A stretch of DNA of 64,000 nucleotides from an uncultured delta proteobacterium (lineage in GTDB: Bacteria; Desulfobacterota; Binatia; UBA9968). Each line of letters starts with the position of its first letter. Position 1 is the first letter of the stretch. Location: assembly GCA_963755715.1 (NCBI GenBank), contig CAVWLW010000065.1, positions 5,766 through 69,765 on the forward strand, in the 5' to 3' direction. Below the pieces are notes generated by a model. That model worked only from the letters and a program-made list of their open reading frames with translations. It had not been told where the DNA came from and ran no database searches. This document shows, in pieces, positions 61,977-64,000 of the stretch. The position numbers and the translations under genes were made by a program.

Positions 61977-62861
61977 TTATTCAAACCGAAATGACGCATC
62001 CGTGCCGGTCACCGCGCCCTTGAGCGATAAATTATTGAGTGTGCCTTTGAATTTGAGGTCATCGATGGTGTAGACGCCGTCAAAGCGCAGTGCTCTCGGC
62101 AAAGACTTTCTGAATTGCGGCAGAACGGCATTGACCTTTCCCAGATCGAGGGCATCAACGTGGATGTCGCCATCGAGGAGAACGTTGCGATAATCAGAAT
62201 TTTCCGCGATAGGACCGACACGGCTCTTAAACTTTACGTTGGGTTTAGCGGCCATGACCGCAGCCTCTAGCTCGATGTCAAAGGGCTCGTCCCATTCGAA
62301 GTCATTCACTTTCAGGTTGATCTGCGTCGCCGTTAGCTCGCCGCCGTTCTTGAGATCGCGATAACGCAGCGTGCCATCCGAAACATTCATCGATGCAATC
62401 AAAAACAGCAGGCTGTTTTGCTTCTTGGCAGATGCGTTTTTGCCACTCTCCGCGCTCTCCCGGTCGGTTTTCTCATTGCGAGCGCTGCTCGCGAAGTTGT
62501 ATTGCCCTCTGCCATCGCGAACAATCGTTATAAACGGCGACTCAAGCACAAGTCTTTTGAACCGGAACTGGCCGATCAACAGCGGCAGAAACCGAAAATC
62601 TACGCGAAGATCCTTAGCGAGCAGAAAGGCGTCGGCGGAAAAGGCCGGATCGTCGGCCATGGCAAAATTTACCAAACGAGCGCCAACCGGGCTGAGCGTC
62701 ACCTCGATCTTGTCCACGGTAATCTTGCGCCCGAGTGCCTGCTCCAGCCGGCTGGTCAGATAATCTTTATTGCGCCGAACCAGGAAATTGACGTTCAACA
62801 CCGCGAGAATCAAAACGCCACTCAAAGCCAACGCAACAGCGCCGATGATCCGTTTACGCAT
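61977..62861 (-). CDS. AsmA-family protein (short, N-terminal-domain type)
   Basis: ATG 62861 (MRKRIIGAVALALSGVLILAVL membrane anchor). ITVDKIEVTLSPVGARLVNFAMADDPAFS...LESPFITIVRDGRGQYNF. The ORF-track extension to 62969 runs into repeat C. Confidence 0.7.
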   Translation of the reverse strand: MRKRIIGAVALALSGVLILAVLNVNFLVRRNKDYLTSRLEQALGRKITVDKIEVTLSPVGARLVNFAMADDPAFSADAFLLAKDLRVDFRFLPLLIGQFRFKRLVLESPFITIVRDGRGQYNFASSARNEKTDRESAESGKNASAKKQNSLLFLIASMNVSDGTLRYRDLKNGGELTATQINLKVNDFEWDEPFDIELEAAVMAAKPNVKFKSRVGPIAENSDYRNVLLDGDIHVDALDLGKVNAVLPQFRKSLPRALRFDGVYTIDDLKFKGTLNNLSLKGAVTGTDASFRFE

Positions 62862-62901
62862 AGGCAGCTTAGTTTGATATCCCTTTCGAGGATGGTTGAA
62901 A

Positions 62902-63045
62902 TCCCTCGCCCCTTCGACCGTGCTCAGGACATGCTTCAGGCGAAGTGAGAGTTCGTCATGCCTGTGCACGGCATCCAGGTTCGGTTCAAGTTCGAAAACC
63001 GCCTGGATTCCGGCTTCCGCCGGAACGACAAAAACAAGAGTCGAC
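62902..63045 (+). repeat. Composite palindromic intergenic repeat, copy C (longest)
   Basis: ccctcgcc...caggcgaagtgagagttcgtcatgcc...ggcatccaggttcggttcaagttcgaaaaccgcctggattccggcttccgccggaacga...gagtcgac. Confidence 0.8.
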
Positions 63046-63232
63046 GACTCGCCCGCGCCGCAGCTTCAACGTACCCGATTACACGTTGTCGCGATACAAA
63101 GCGCAACCGCAATGACCCGATCTCTGCAATCGGAATTATCCCGAGCACTTGACTCATCCGTGGCCGCGCGGTTAAAAAGTCGCTAGCACGTCACCGCGCA
63201 TTTACTCCTTACCTGCGGAAAGGAGTCCTATT

Positions 63233-63793
63233 ATGTTTGAAACCGAGCGATTCATCCAGGATTGTCGCGATGGTCTTCGCGATCCAAACCCACACGCCGC
63301 GATGCGAGAGATTGTCGCGCGAGCGGTGAGCGAACCGGGCCAGGTTTTGAAGTCGCTGGGCGAGCCAAAGCTTTCGGGTATCCAGACGCTTTACCGATCC
63401 GATACGCTGACGATTCTCAACGTTCTGTGGGGACCCGGCATGACTTTGTACCCGCATGATCATCGCATGTGGGCGGTGATCGGGATCTATAGCGGGCGCG
63501 AAGACAATGCGTTTTATCACAGGAGCGAAAGCGGTCTCGTTTCACACGGCGTAAAGACGCTCAGCCTCAAAGAAACGATTCCTCTCGGTGAAGCGGTAAT
63601 CCACGCCGTGACGAATCCGCTCGATCGGATCACAGCAGCGCTCCACGTCTACGGCGGCGACTTCTTCGCCGTGCCGCGAAGCGAGTGGGACCCGCAGACG
63701 TTCCAAGAGCGGCCTTTCGATATCGAGCACGCCCGAGAGGTGTTTGCGGAAGCAAACAAACGTCTTGGTCATTCCGAGTTGGAAACCGACTAA
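63233..63793 (+). CDS. Cupin-like (cysteine-dioxygenase-type-I-like) predicted metalloenzyme
   Basis: 186 aa. LNVLWGPGMTLYPHDHRMWAVIGIYSGREDNAFY...VIHAVTNP...LHVYGGDFF double-stranded beta-helix pattern with a His cluster. Confidence 0.5.
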   Translation: MFETERFIQDCRDGLRDPNPHAAMREIVARAVSEPGQVLKSLGEPKLSGIQTLYRSDTLTILNVLWGPGMTLYPHDHRMWAVIGIYSGREDNAFYHRSESGLVSHGVKTLSLKETIPLGEAVIHAVTNPLDRITAALHVYGGDFFAVPRSEWDPQTFQERPFDIEHAREVFAEANKRLGHSELETD

Positions 63794-64000
63794 CGGAAAT
63801 AAAAACTTCAGATTGCTTCCCCGACGAATCACGCAATATCGCAAAGGTAGAACTTGACGGGCAGAACCTTCGGGGTCGAGCTTCGATTTCTTTCAGTTGC
63901 TGCGCGCATCTTAAGCTTTGCGTAGAATCCAAACTTCGATTCGACTCCATATCTGCGACGAATAAAATGCAAATCTGAAAAACAGCAAAGTTAAAGATCT

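Overview
GC-rich bacterial chromosomal segment. I saw no rRNA, tRNA, CRISPR, transposase, integrase or phage genes. Everything here comes from by-eye reading of the sequence and ORF track; no database search or software was run, so family names are recognition calls, not hits.

Layout:
- 0-11.3 kb: housekeeping genes: aminotransferase-coaD-rsmD, a frame-disrupted MDR oxidoreductase, erpA-ftsY-smc, an HNH nuclease and a divergent rng.
- 11.5-31 kb, 36-42 kb and 58-64 kb: accessory transport and catabolic genes. These include tandem MFS paralogues with a DUF1152-like gene, VOC/extradiol-like dioxygenases, an alpha/beta hydrolase, orphan solute-binding proteins, a peptide-type ABC operon without ATPase genes, a Rieske oxygenase, a PQQ sugar dehydrogenase, amidohydrolases, corA and an ABC-2 exporter.
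- 33-35 kb plus 42-57.6 kb: the most interesting part. It holds two paralogous COG4941/ECF42-type sigma factors, six YCII/DGPF paralogues (one fused to a GyrI-like domain), many VOC/PhnB-like proteins, GFA, two GSTs, two DoxX proteins, DUF899, DUF1428 and a BNR-propeller/MoaD-like pair.

These genes are linked by nine minus-strand copies of a fixed-spacing ECF-type promoter motif in two variants: TGTCCY-N17-CGTCGTA and TGTCGA-N16/17-CGACTA. I propose this is an undescribed dual-sigma small-protein stress or detoxification regulon.

Other observations:
- 13-14 reading-frame disruptions in 11-12 genes all shift in the same (+1, extra-base) direction.
- Three decayed gene remnants keep their promoter, RBS and ATG.
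- A 100-140 bp composite palindromic intergenic repeat occurs in four copies.
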